Shown here piece by piece: positions 37,974-50,061 of a stretch of 64,000 bases of DNA. Each line of letters opens with the position of its first letter. Positions within the stretch are counted from its first letter, which is position 1. The stretch is from Eledone cirrhosa (taxonomy: Eukaryota), in contig OZ024740.1 in NCBI GenBank assembly GCA_964016885.1, positions 255,440,001-255,504,000 on the forward strand, written 5' to 3'. A model generated the notes under the pieces. The model was given only the letters and a program-made list of their open reading frames with translations. It was not told the DNA's origin and ran no database searches. The position numbers and the translations under genes are program-made.

Positions 37974-38210
37974 GTTTTTTTGTTTAAAATGAAATTTTGG
38001 GTACAAAACCCCAATAACTGGTTATTTAACCCCGAAGGGCCAAATAACGGACAGAAAGACCCCTCTCACGAGGAGGAGGGTGTCTTTATCAACAATTTGG
38101 TTCAAGTTTTAAACAATTTACAATTGTTTTAACGGTTAAAAATTACTATACCTTACAGAGCCGAGCCTCCGTCAACCATGGCATTCAATAATAATAATAA
38201 TAATAATAAT

Positions 38211-38470
38211 AGGATTTGGAACTGCCATGAAGTCAAAGTGATCCCGATTGTCATAGGCGCACTGGGGACTATCTCCAAAGGTTTCCAGGGATGGTTAAAG
38301 AAAATCGGCCCCTTCACGCTTTTTGGAACGCTTCAAAAGGCATGCTTGCTTGGAACGGCAAGAACCCTCCGATACGTCCTGAATATCTGAGGCTGCAGGT
38401 AGTGGCTTGATATTCAATCCAACGGACTTTCCAGTTAACCAACATCAATGACTGAGATTCAAGGAATAAC

Positions 38471-38502
<32 letters not shown>
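38211..38502 (+). mobile_element. Short 5'-truncated copy of the R4/Dong element at 23805, including its tail
   Basis: Near-identical to about 27018-27300, with (TAA)n on both sides. Confidence 0.93.
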
Positions 38503-38504
<2 letters not shown>

Positions 38505-40649
38505 TCAGTCCTAACTGAATACACATATGACCACCTGATAACAAATGACCTATTTCCCATTGAGCAGAAAGGGTGTAAACGAGGCTCATATGGCTGTAAG
38601 GATCAGCTTCTGGTTAACAAAATGATACTGGAAGATTGTCATAATAGACACAAAAATCTATCGATTGCTTGGATAGATTATAAAAGAGCATTCGATAGTT
38701 TGCCACACAGCTGGATTGAAAAATGTTTAGAGATTTTCAAAATATCCCCCGTTGTCAGGAGGTTTTTGTCATTCAGTATGAAGACATGGAAAACGACACT
38801 CCTTTTGAATAGTGAAACAAAATCACTGGAAGCTGGAGAAGTTAATATTAATTGTGGAATTTTTCAGGGTGACTCTTTATCACCGCTTTTATTCTGCATC
38901 GCACTTATACCATTAAGTAAAATGCTCAATGAAACAAAACATGGATATAAAGTCTATGACAAAACCATTAATCACCTGTTCTACATGGATGACCTGAAAC
39001 TATTTGCAAAAAATGATGAACAATTGCAAGGGCTATTATCCACTGTGGAGCAGTTCAGTGATGAGATTAAAATGGAGTTTGGACAAGATAAATGCGCCAA
39101 AGCAACGTTCACCAGAGGAAAGCTGCTGAAGAGTTCAGACATTAATCTTGATCGGGGGAACGTGATAAGAGAACTTGATCAAGAAAAAACTTACAAATAT
39201 CTAGGTGTTTGTGAAGGAGACGGAATCAAGCACTCGACAATGAGGGAAAGGATAAGGAAGGAATGTTACCGCAGAGTAAGAGCAATCTTAAGAACGGAAT
39301 TGAATGCAAGGAATAGGACCGATGCCATAAATACGCTTGCCATACCAGTAGTAACCTACAGTTACAATGTCATCAACTGGTCAAGCACAGAGATCCGTAG
39401 GCTCGATACAAAAATTCGAAAATTCTTAACCATTCACAAAATGCATCACCCTAAGGCAGATACAGATAGAATATATCTCCCCAGGAAAGAAGGAGGACGT
39501 GGGTTAATCCAGTTAGACATTGCTTTGAAAACTGCAACAATTGGATTATCTACATATCTAAGGGAATCACATGATTGGATGATCAAACTCGTTTTGAAAC
39601 ACGAAAGCATCAAAAGATCATACTCCATTACAAAAGATGCACAAAGATACAGTAATGGACTATACATTTCAGAAGTCCCATTTACTGCTGAAATGGAAAA
39701 CACAGAAAAAGCAAAGCAGGTAACTGCAAAGAAAGAACTGCTACAGAAACTGGCTAAGAAATGGCAAGAAAAGCCTCTGTATGGAAAATATCCAGAACGA
39801 GCTAACAATCCTGGACTGAAATCGGAGACTGAAGGACTGATTTGTCTGCCAACAAAAAATTACCAAGCCAACATAATAAAAAATGATGCAGCCAATTTAT
39901 GCCGTGTATGCAAAAAACAACCAGAGACCATTGACCATATAATTTCAATGTGCAGTCCTATAGCTCCAACCGAATACCTAAACAGACATGACAGAGCTGC
40001 ACAATACATACATTGGATAATGTGTAAGCATTTTGACCTGCCCCATCAAAAGAATTGGTGGGAGCATCAACCACCTCCCATACTTGAAAAAGATCATATC
40101 TCAATCTTGTGGAACTTTAGCATCCAAACAGACCGAAAAATAGATGTAAATAGACCTGATATAATATTGAAGGACTTTAAAAAGAGGGTATGCCTGCTGA
40201 TTGATATGTCTGTTCCAATAGACAAGAATGTATCTATAAAAACATTTGAAAAATTTCGCAAGTATAAGGATCTGGAGATAGAAATTGGAAAAATGTTGAA
40301 ATTGAGAACTAAAACAATACCAGTGGTTGTAGTCGCTCTAGGAATGATACCTAAGGGGTCCAATGATTACTTATCGCAAATCCCAGGAAACCCGCGTATA
40401 GTAGAAATACAAAAGATAGTACTAATGGGAACTGCCCATATACTAAGGAAGATTCTGTCAATATAAGTACATCACAAGTCTAAACACTAAAGATGCATGT
40501 GTGAGTATGTATGTTCTTTCTTGAACATGGCGGACCTTGTGTCTCTTGAGGTCACTGATTGTGACTTGGTGATAACTCGTATGAACATAAAGCAAGATAA
40601 ATGCAGCTGTTATAATAATAATAATAATAATAATAGTAATAATAATAAT
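38503..40649 (+). mobile_element. 5'-truncated R4/Dong-like element of a second family (RT-RLE frame open to 40466) with a (TAA)n tail
   Basis: EQKG, DYKRAFD, GIFQGDSLSPLLF, YMDD, CRVC..HIISMC, RHD and RPD..D motifs. The ORF-track start at 38448 is read-through of the upstream tail. Confidence 0.9.
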
Positions 40650-42390
40650 GATTTCGTTATTGGCCACAAGGGCTGACATCAAGAAAAACATTACAGGCGG
40701 CACAGGACAGTACAGGACGGTACGATGTGGGTTTTGTGCGTGAAAATATTTGTATTATTCATATAAGAAAAGAAAAAAAACGACATAGAAACATATATAT
40801 ATAAACAATAAAAATGAAAATTGAAACAATGAAAAATTCCCCAATAGGGAGGAAACTTCCAAGGGTTACTCGTGGCGAAAATCACACAAAAGACCACGGC
40901 CATCCTGACCACCAGGTCAAGCGCTCTCTCTCAATATTTTTCCATCTCTCAAACTACAAGCGTATATTCAGAGCGGTCCCGTTCACTCGGACCATTCTCG
41001 CTACATTAACCCACCTTTCAACAAACTTGCTAGAAAGCAGCACTTGCCTCTCAACCCTGATTTTCCTCTTCAAGTGAAACTTGAAAAAGTTAATCAGGGA
41101 TTCACCGAAGAGGAAAGTGTGTGTTTTTAACCCTTTCAACCTTGTCCACCACACAATCTCTTTCGCCATGGCCACCAGGCAGATGAAACCGCCTGCCCTT
41201 ACTCCTTGAAGGAAGACGGCGAGACCATCTTCACAATGGACTCAGTCGATAACCGGATCAGTCCTACACGCGACAGCAACTGTTCGACATAGCTCCACAA
41301 GTCAGCATTGCTCGGGCACTGAACGAGTGCGTGCACGACGGTTTCGTCTCTGCGCGCATCTCGAACAGGTTAGGCTGACGGCACTTCCGTGCCTGTAGAG
41401 CTTATCGCGAACCGGCAGCGCTCCCCGGTAGCACTGCCAGGTCAGGGATTTCTGGAAGTTATCCATAGGCTCCGGGCTGAAAGTTCTCCGGAAGAGAGCA
41501 AGCACCTGATCTTCTTCGACGCCCAGGATCTCTCCGAGAACGTCGTCGTTCTTCCCCTCCACTAGTCCTCTATAGAACGCCGAGGTGGATATTCCACCGA
41601 TACTGGTGCCCAGCTGGCAGAGGGCAGTGAGAGCCTGGAGATATTCCAGTTTCCAAGCGCCATCCCTCGGTATTTTCCTCACCCAGGACTGCAGTTTCGC
41701 CAAGGAGACGAGCTGTGGGAAAACGTGCCTGGCGAACGGCGACCACACCCGTTTACCATCAAGGAAGCACCAGCGATGTCGCAGCCTCAGCGCATGTTTG
41801 CGCATCATCAGCCATGGTATGCCCAGTCCTCCACGCAACGGGTGTTGACAGCAGACGGATCGTCTGACCATAGGAGTGCGTCCCTTCCACAAAAAGGGGA
41901 AGAGAAGGCTCTCCATTTTAGTGAGAGATGGGCCGGGAAAGGGACGACGATGAGGCTGTAGTAGATGACGGATGCGATGTACGCATTCGCCAGCTCCGCC
42001 CGGCCTTTCAGGGACAGCTTCCTCTCGGCCCATTTCTGGGTGAGGGAGGCCACCCTGCTCGTCACCTCGCTCCAGTTTTTCTCCATCTGGGGTCCGGTTC
42101 GAACCAGACCCCGAGCAACTTAACCGGTCCGTCAGTCCAACGTCCCATGATGCTGGCGGACGGCATGGACTTGCCTCACCAGGTGCCGAGCTGCAAGCCC
42201 ACCTACTTCCTGGTTTATCTTTGCTCCTGTCATCGCTTCGTATTCCTTGAGAGCGGTGCCGAGCATCTGGACGTGTCTGGTGCTCGACACCACCAGGGTG
42301 AAGACGTCGGCGTAAGCCGACTCGGATTTCCCGCATCCTAGTTCACGTGGAACGCCCCTCATCGCCCCCAGTTTGTGCAGTAACAGCTCG
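40650..42390 (-). mobile_element. 3' part of a Tx1-clade element (subfamily B): degenerate RT C-terminus, zinc finger and 3'UTR
   Basis: Similar to 46127-47767 (LHKLGAMRG.PRELGCGKSES). Ends GCCCTTGTGGCCAATAACGAAATC followed by (ATT)n. Confidence 0.9.
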
Positions 42391-45300
42391 ATAACCACAA
42401 CAACAGTAACAACAGCAACAGTATCAACGAAAACAACAACAACCACACCAAAAACTGTACCAACGAAAATATCAACAATGAGATCGATACATTTAACAGC
42501 GATCTCAGCACCACCAGTAAGACCGGTTGCGGCAGCAATAGTGGTGCTGCTGAAAAAGGGACCACTTATTTTGCAGGTGTCGCCCGAAATATCGAGACAG
42601 TGTTAGTCACAGAGGAAGAGATGGCAGTCGCAAGGTCCATGGTGAAAAGAAGCGCCAATAGAGTCTCCCTGAAACCTCGGCCCGATTTTTTCAAGGACCT
42701 GCAGCTACGGACGATGACTTACCGTACCGTAAGCAAAATCTCACATCGGGTGGAGAGAACCACGGAGGCTCAAATCCAAAAGGCCTTGGGGTGCGTCTGG
42801 GCACGCAAAACCCACATGACCCGAGGCAGAAAGTACGCCACAGTAGACGTACTTTTCGCCACCCTCCCAAGAAGCGGAGTCTCACTCTTTGGAAACCCTA
42901 AAGACTGAGGAGATAGTATTGGTGCCCTCCTACTGCGGACAGAAAATTGTGAGGGTTAAAGTGACTCAGGTCCCACCCGACGTGCCCATACCTTGGGTGG
43001 CCGCCTCTGTCCTTGGTGGAACCGAGAACAGGACGACCATGCTGCAAGTAGAGAAAATAGGGAGAGAGAACTGGTCAGGTATAGGCATGCAAATGCTTAT
43101 ACAAACTGACCAGGAATGTATCGAGGCTATCCCCGATATCATAGACATCGAGGAAGGACTCCAACTGCCTATAAGTGTAGAAGGAAGACGGCCAAAATGT
43201 TATCTCTGTGGGACGAAGGGTCACCTCAGGGGCTTTTCCCACAGAAGACAGCGAAGAAGAAGGCCCCCTCCTTCCAATGCCTGGTACGCTGCTACCAAGA
43301 GCAGGGTAGGCAACAAATGCAGAAGACCCTTCCTCGGTGAGTAGGAGGGCAACGTTCGTGGCACCCGTACCAAGGCCACGGACAACTAAAGCAGCAGCAT
43401 CAGTGGCGGCAACACCAATAGCTACATTTGCAGTAGCTACACCAGCAACAAAATTGCCGAAGAGGGCTCCACTACCACCTCCAACAGCCGTGGAGCACAT
43501 ACCCCTCCCATATCCCACGGAATCCGACATGGAGTTTGAGGCGGGAGTGAAGTGGCAAACGGTCTGCCACAAAAAACAAAAAAGAAAGAAACGCTTAGAT
43601 TCACCCTCCAAAAGCGAAGGCACACAAAGAGGGGTAAAGGCAGCAAGGAAACTTGCAGCAACACCACCACCATCATCATCACCACCACAAGCACCACCGC
43701 CAACAACAACCACACCACCACCAGCATCACAAAATCACCAACAACGCAAACAAAACAAAACACACCCACCAAACAGCAACAAGAAGAAAACAGCAACAAA
43801 ATCACCCCTCCCCCCAAAAAGTACACAGTCATAAACATGGCAAAAAAAAACAACTCATACAATATATAAAGCAGCACACAGACATCACAGAAAAAAACTA
43901 CTCCACCCCACCAACACCAAGAACTCTCCCGACAAACATAAGCATCATTGAAATCTCAATAGAACAGTACAAACCTTTAAAACAAAAATTCCCCAACGCA
44001 GTTGGAGACTTCAGAGCGTCGGTTACCAAGAGGATATACACTGACATCCTCTTGGAAACACCCATGACCAGCCAAAGGGACGGTTCTACTGTCCCTTCGT
44101 CACACGATCAAGGTAAGTGACCCTTTCTCACTTGCCCCATTCCTCATCCAACATGGCTATACTCAGAATAGGCAGTACAAATGCACGTGGCCTGGGTCAT
44201 CTTGGAAGCAGGGTCACCTCCTCAACGACTTCATGTCTCTAAAAATAGATGTGGTGGCCATCAGTGAGACCTGAATCTCCGAAGCACAAGACTTCGCACC
44301 GATCTTCGGCGGCTACGATGTATACGCATCTCCCAGCCGTCCAGGATCGGGGGGAGGGGTTGCCGTCCTTTTTCGGAGAGGCATGGATCTCGGCATACAG
44401 GCCATCTTCTTAGACACAGAAGGTAAGTTGGTGGTGCTGGACGTGACCGGCAGCGAAGGCAATGCTTTCAGGCTAGTGGTCGTCTACGCCCCAACAGGGG
44501 CAGGACGGCCAGATTTCTTCAGACGTCTAGAGACCTTTCTTGGAACGTCCCGCTCTTTAGTGTTAGTTGGCGACTGGAACGGTATCGTGGATGCACGCTG
44601 GGACTGTGTGGGGCTAGTGGATAGGGGAGGAGGGTGCATGAGCTTCACCAACCTGCTCAGACGTTTTGAACTATCTGACAGGTATTGACTGGATCACCCG
44701 AATGTACCAATGTGGATATGGACAAACCGTATCGGGTCATCCAGATCGTATCTCGATAGGGTATTCTGCAGAGAACTAGCAAAGGCTAGTATAAGTTGTC
44801 CACAATTTAAAATAGTCGACTACACAGATCACAAATCTGTGATCTGTGAGATCCACATAGACAGACTTCATAGAAAAGAGCCCGGTTACTGGAAGTTGAA
44901 CGCGTCTTTCCCGGCGCTCAAAGCCAACAGAGACCGGATTAGCGTATTAGTTAAGCGGGCGTTGATGGGAGCGGTCGTCAACAACAGGTGGTGGTTCGCC
45001 CTGAAAAGGGCAATTAAAGTAGAGTCGATTAGGTTTAGCAAAGTACTAGTGATAGAGGAAAATAGAGTAGAGGGAGAGCTAGTCAGAAAGCTAGAAGAGG
45101 CGTTTAGGATAGGCATCGCAACCGACGTGCTTGCGGCGAGATTGGCACTCGACCAATTCTTCAACGCAAAACACGAAGGCTGCGTTGTCAGAGCTAGAGC
45201 GCGTGCTCTGAAACACGAGGGGACAAAAGCCGTCCTATGAGCCCGGATGGCAGAAGCGCGACGTGACAATAAAGCCACAATTCGGTCTTTGTCTAACCAA

Positions 45301-47764
45301 AACGGGCACGTGTTGCTTGGACCCGAGCAGATGTGTGAAGCTTTTCAGCAGCAGTTTGCTGAACTGTTCGGGAGCAGCGGCGGCCCGGATCGGGGCATGG
45401 ACTTCAGTGCATACCACGACGGACTGCCTCGTCTCTCTACGACCGCAGGACTGTGTTGCGAAAAGCCAATAACAGCATGTGAAATACGGGAAGCGATGGC
45501 TAACTGCACGAGGGGTAAATCGCCAGGTTTGGGTGGTTTTCCCTACGAGCTTTATGCATTTATGCCAGACTTGTTCGGTGACCTCTTGGCAGACGTCTAC
45601 CGCAACTGGCAGCAGAACGGGAGCATTCCCAGTTTTGTGAGCCGGGGAGCGATGGCGCTGCTGAGAAAAGACCCGAACAAGGGGGATGTTATCGATAATT
45701 TCAGGCCCATAATTCTGCTAAACGCAGAGTTCAAAATTTAGTCCAAGGTGTTAGCAACGAGGTTGGTGCTTGTCGTCAAGGGTCTGGTGGGAGAGGCGCA
45801 GACATGCGCCATTCCGGACAAATCCATACACGACAACATCCACCTCATGCGATACATCATAGAGAGGGTGGTTAAGGAACCTGGCACGGGTGGGTCCCTG
45901 ATCAACTTGGATCAATCCAAAGAATTCGATAGGGTCGACTATCTGTACCTGGCGGCGGTCCTCGAGTAAGCCGGTTTCGCGTCCGTTTTCAGGGGTTGGA
46001 TCGCTGCGATTTACAGCAACATCTGCTCAGTTGTGAGGGTGAATGTTCACCTGTCGCAGCCGTTCAGTATCATGTGCTCGGTCCGCCAGGGTTGTCCCCT
46101 CTCGTCCTTCTTGTACGCATTGGCTCTCGAGCCGTTACTGCACAAACTGGGGGCGATGAGGGGCATCCCACGCGAACTTGGATGCGGGAAATCCGAGTCG
46201 GCTTAAGCCGACGACTTCACCGTTGTGGTGTCAAACACCAGACACGTCCAGATGCTCGGCACCGCTCTCAAGGAATACAAAGCCGTGACAGGAGCAAAGA
46301 TAAACCAGGAAAAGTCGGTGGGCTTGCAGCTCGGCACCTGGAGAGGCAAGTCCATGCCGTCGACAGCGCCGTGGGGTTTTGGACGGACGGACCGGTTAAA
46401 TTGCTCGGGGTCTGGTGCGGACCGGACCTCCAGATGGAGAAAAATTGGAACAAGGTGACGAGCAGGGTGGTCTCCATCAATCAGAAATGGGCCGAGAGGA
46501 AGCTGTCCCTGAAAGGCCGGGTTTAGGTGGCGAATGCGTACATCGCATCCGACATCTGCTACCGCCTCACCGTCGTCACTTGCCCCAGCCCAACTCTCAT
46601 GAAAATGGAGCGCCTCCTCTTCCGCTTTTTGTGGAAGGGACGTGCTCCCATGGTCAGACGATCCATCTGCTGTCAAAACCCGTTGCGTGGAGGACTGGGC
46701 ATGCCATGGCTGATGATGCGCAAACATGCGCTGAGGCTGCGACATCTCTTGTACTTCATTGACGGTGAACAGGTGTGGTCACCGTTCGCCAGGCACGTTT
46801 TCCCACAGCTCGTCTCCTTGACGGAACTGCAGTCCTGGGTCAGAAATTGACCGAGGGATAGCGCTTGGAAACTGGAATGTCTCCAGGCGCTCACTGCCCT
46901 CTGCCAGCAGGGCACCAGTATCGGTGGAACATCCACCTCGGCGTTCTATAGAGGACTAGTGGAGGGGAAGAGCGACGACGTTCTCGAGAGATCACGGGCG
47001 TCGAAGAAGTTCAGCTGTTTGCTCTCTTCCAGAGAACTTTCAGCCCAGGGCCTATGGATAACTTCCAAAAATCCCTGGTCTGGCAGTGCTACCGGGGAGC
47101 GCTGCCGGTTTGAGATAAGCCATACAGGCACGGAAGTGCCGTCAGCCGAGCCTGTCCGAAATGCGCTCAGAGCGACGAAACCGTCATGCACGCACTCGTT
47201 CAGTGCCCGAGCATTGCTGACTTGTGGAGCTATGTCGAACTGTTGCTGTCGCAGGTAGGACTGATCCGGTTATCGACTGAGCCCATTGTGCAACTCGTCT
47301 CGCCGTCTTCCTTTGAGGAGGAAGCGCAGGCGGTTTTCATCTGCCTAGTGGCCATGGCGAAAGAGATTGTGTGGTGGACAACAAGGTTGAAAGGGTTAAA
47401 GACAGACACTTTCCTCTTCGGTGAATCCCTAATTAACTTTTTCAAGTTTCACTTGAAGAGGAAAATCAGGCTGGAGAGGCAAAAATTGAGAGAGGGCGCT
47501 TGCCCTGGTGGTCAGGGTGGCTGTGGTCTTTTGTGTGGTTTTCGCCACGAGTAACCCTCGGACTTTCTCCCCTATTGAGGAATTTTTCATTGTTTCAATT
47601 TTCATTTTTATTGTATATATATATATATGTTTCTATGTCTTTTTTTTTCTTTTCTTATATAAATAATAAAAATATTTACACGCACAAACCCACATCGTAC
47701 CGTCCTGTACCGTCCTGTGCCGTCTGTAATATTTTTCTTGATGTCAGCCCTTGTGGCCAATAAT

Positions 47765-47767
<3 letters not shown>
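42391..47767 (+). mobile_element. Tx1-clade element subfamily B lacking its 5' end, with disrupted ORF1 (to 44120) and ORF2 (44153 to about 47480)
   Basis: Fragmented ORFs are colinear with the intact copy and carry many stops and frameshifts. The (TTA)n tail lies at 47768-47849. Confidence 0.92.
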
Positions 47768-47839
<72 letters not shown>

Positions 47840-48057
47840 TTTTATTATTGGCGACCTACGTAGGAAATCGTATTATCGTGAGCTCCGCAAAGGTTTGTTA
47901 TTTCCGTTTGTTTAAAAATTGCCATTTATGGAAAATTTTATTGTAAACTGTTTATAAGCACACATACATTGTTTTCCGAAAAGGACACCCAAAAAGATTG
48001 GGGCCTTGTGCCCAAAATTTTAACTTTTATTATTATCCAAAATTTTCTTTGAAAAAA

Positions 48058-50027
48058 ATGGCTAATTCCCCTCTGCACGAAGCAGCTGAAAGCCTTCCTC
48101 ACAAAATAACACCTCACACCGACACCACCATTGTAAATGTTACTACGTTTGCCAACACAAAAAAAAATATAAGCAGTAGCAATATTTTAAATTTGTCTCA
48201 GGCAGACATTCATTTCCCGCCATTACCAATGCCTGCAGGTGTTAAACCCTCCACCACCACCACCACTGCGACAACCACCACTACCACCACCACCGCGACA
48301 ACAGAAACAAAAGAAGAAAAAAATAAATTAACTCGTGACGTCGAAATGAAATCAAGCAAAATGGACTCTTCCCCACCAAAGACGACTGACTTTATATTAA
48401 TATTAACGATAGCAACAACAACAACAATGACATTATAAAACCGACCCTCAGTTTCGCCATCGTAGCAAAACAATTCGAAGCGTTCACGGTAACTCAAGAA
48501 GATTTAGAAAATGCCAAACAAATGGTAAAGAAAGATGGGTACAAGGTCAGCCTCACCCCCCCCCCCCCACCTAATAAAATGGAGCATCGGCGCCTGTGCA
48601 CCGTGTCGTATAGAACAATAAATGTAAAATCGCGCCGAGTGGAACGGGCATCCGAGTCCCAAATCCAAAAAGCTTTGGGACATGTGTGGGCAAGAAAAAC
48701 CCACATCAGACGTGGGCAAAAGTATGGAACCGTGGATCTGTTCTTTGAAACACCAGAGGAGGCTAGAGAACACTCCATGGCCCCATTAAAAAGTGACGAC
48801 CTCACACTCGTCCCAAGCTATTGTGGCCAGAGACTCGTAAAGATCAGGGTGACCCACGTTCCACCGGCCATCGACATACCCTGGCTAATAGCGGCTGTCC
48901 TCGCCGGCATCGAAGCCAACACGAAAATAATAGCAGTAGCAAAAGAAAAGCAGGAAAACTGGTCCGGATCTGGGATGGAGCTCCTGATCCAAGCGGACCA
49001 AAAAAGCATTGAGGAGATCCCAGAGGTAATAGACCTCACTGACGGCAGCCACCTCACGGTAATTGTCGAGGGAAGAAGACCTAGGTGTGTCGTTTGTGGT
49101 GAAGGAACCCACCTAAGGGCTTTCTGCCCTCAGGCTAAAAGGTTGAGGCCACCTCTCCTACCCACCCCAGTGACACAACCATCAACACCACCAGTAGCAG
49201 AGATGGCAGCAACAACTGTAGCAGCAACAACAGAAGCAACTATAACAGCAACAACCCCAGCAACAGTAGCAAAACCAACACCACTACCACCACCAGCAAA
49301 ACCAACAACACCACCACCCAACGCTTCAGAACTAGCACCAGCGCCTACACCATCCACCACACCACAACCAAAACTAACGGCTGTGGAGGATTTTCCACTC
49401 CCCGGCCTATCACAACTGGAGACAGATTATGACGACGAGGAGTGGGAAACGATATCCGGAAAAATAAAAGAAACCAAAAAAGAAAAAATTCTCTTCCTTC
49501 CCCTTCCAAAAACAAAATACAGAGGGAAACAAATAAACTAAGAAACAAAAAAGTTAGGACAGATATGCCACCATCCACACCAGCATCACCAACCCCATCA
49601 ACCCAAACACCAACACCATCACCATCATTAACTCCAACACCACCATCACCTACACCACAAAAGTCACCAAAATGCGAAACAGAAACAAACCCACAACAAA
49701 CGCAAACAAAACAAAACAACCAAAACGATACACACTACACAGCATTAAATTTGAACAACAAGCAATTATTGCACTACATCCAACACAACACCAGCATCAC
49801 AGAAAAAGACTACACAACAACCCCAAAATTCACACCACCTCAACACATACAAATCACTCGCATCACACAGAAAACGTACATGACACTAAAACAAAAATTC
49901 CCCAAAGACATCGGAGACTTCCGACAAGCACTCTCCAGGAGGATTTATAAGGACATCCTTCCTGAAGAGGCCACAAGCAGTGAAAAGGATGGAAAAACCG
50001 TCCTTCCCCATACGAGAAGTAAGGTAA
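48058..50027 (+). pseudogene. ORF1 zinc-knuckle protein, frameshifted
   Basis: Split over ORFs 47998-48438, 48522-49541 and 49442-50065; contains CVVCGEGTHLRAFC. Confidence 0.85.
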
Positions 50028-50061
50028 GTGGTCTTTCCCATCTTTTCCACTCCTTTTCAAC

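Larger units (their letters stand above)
32164..38186 (-). mobile_element. Full-length, apparently intact Tx1-clade (L1 group) retrotransposon, about 6.0 kb
   Basis: Two intact ORFs. The 3'UTR ends CCCTTGTGGTTAATAAAGAAATC followed by (ATT)n, and (ATT)n also precedes the 5' end. Confidence 0.92.
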
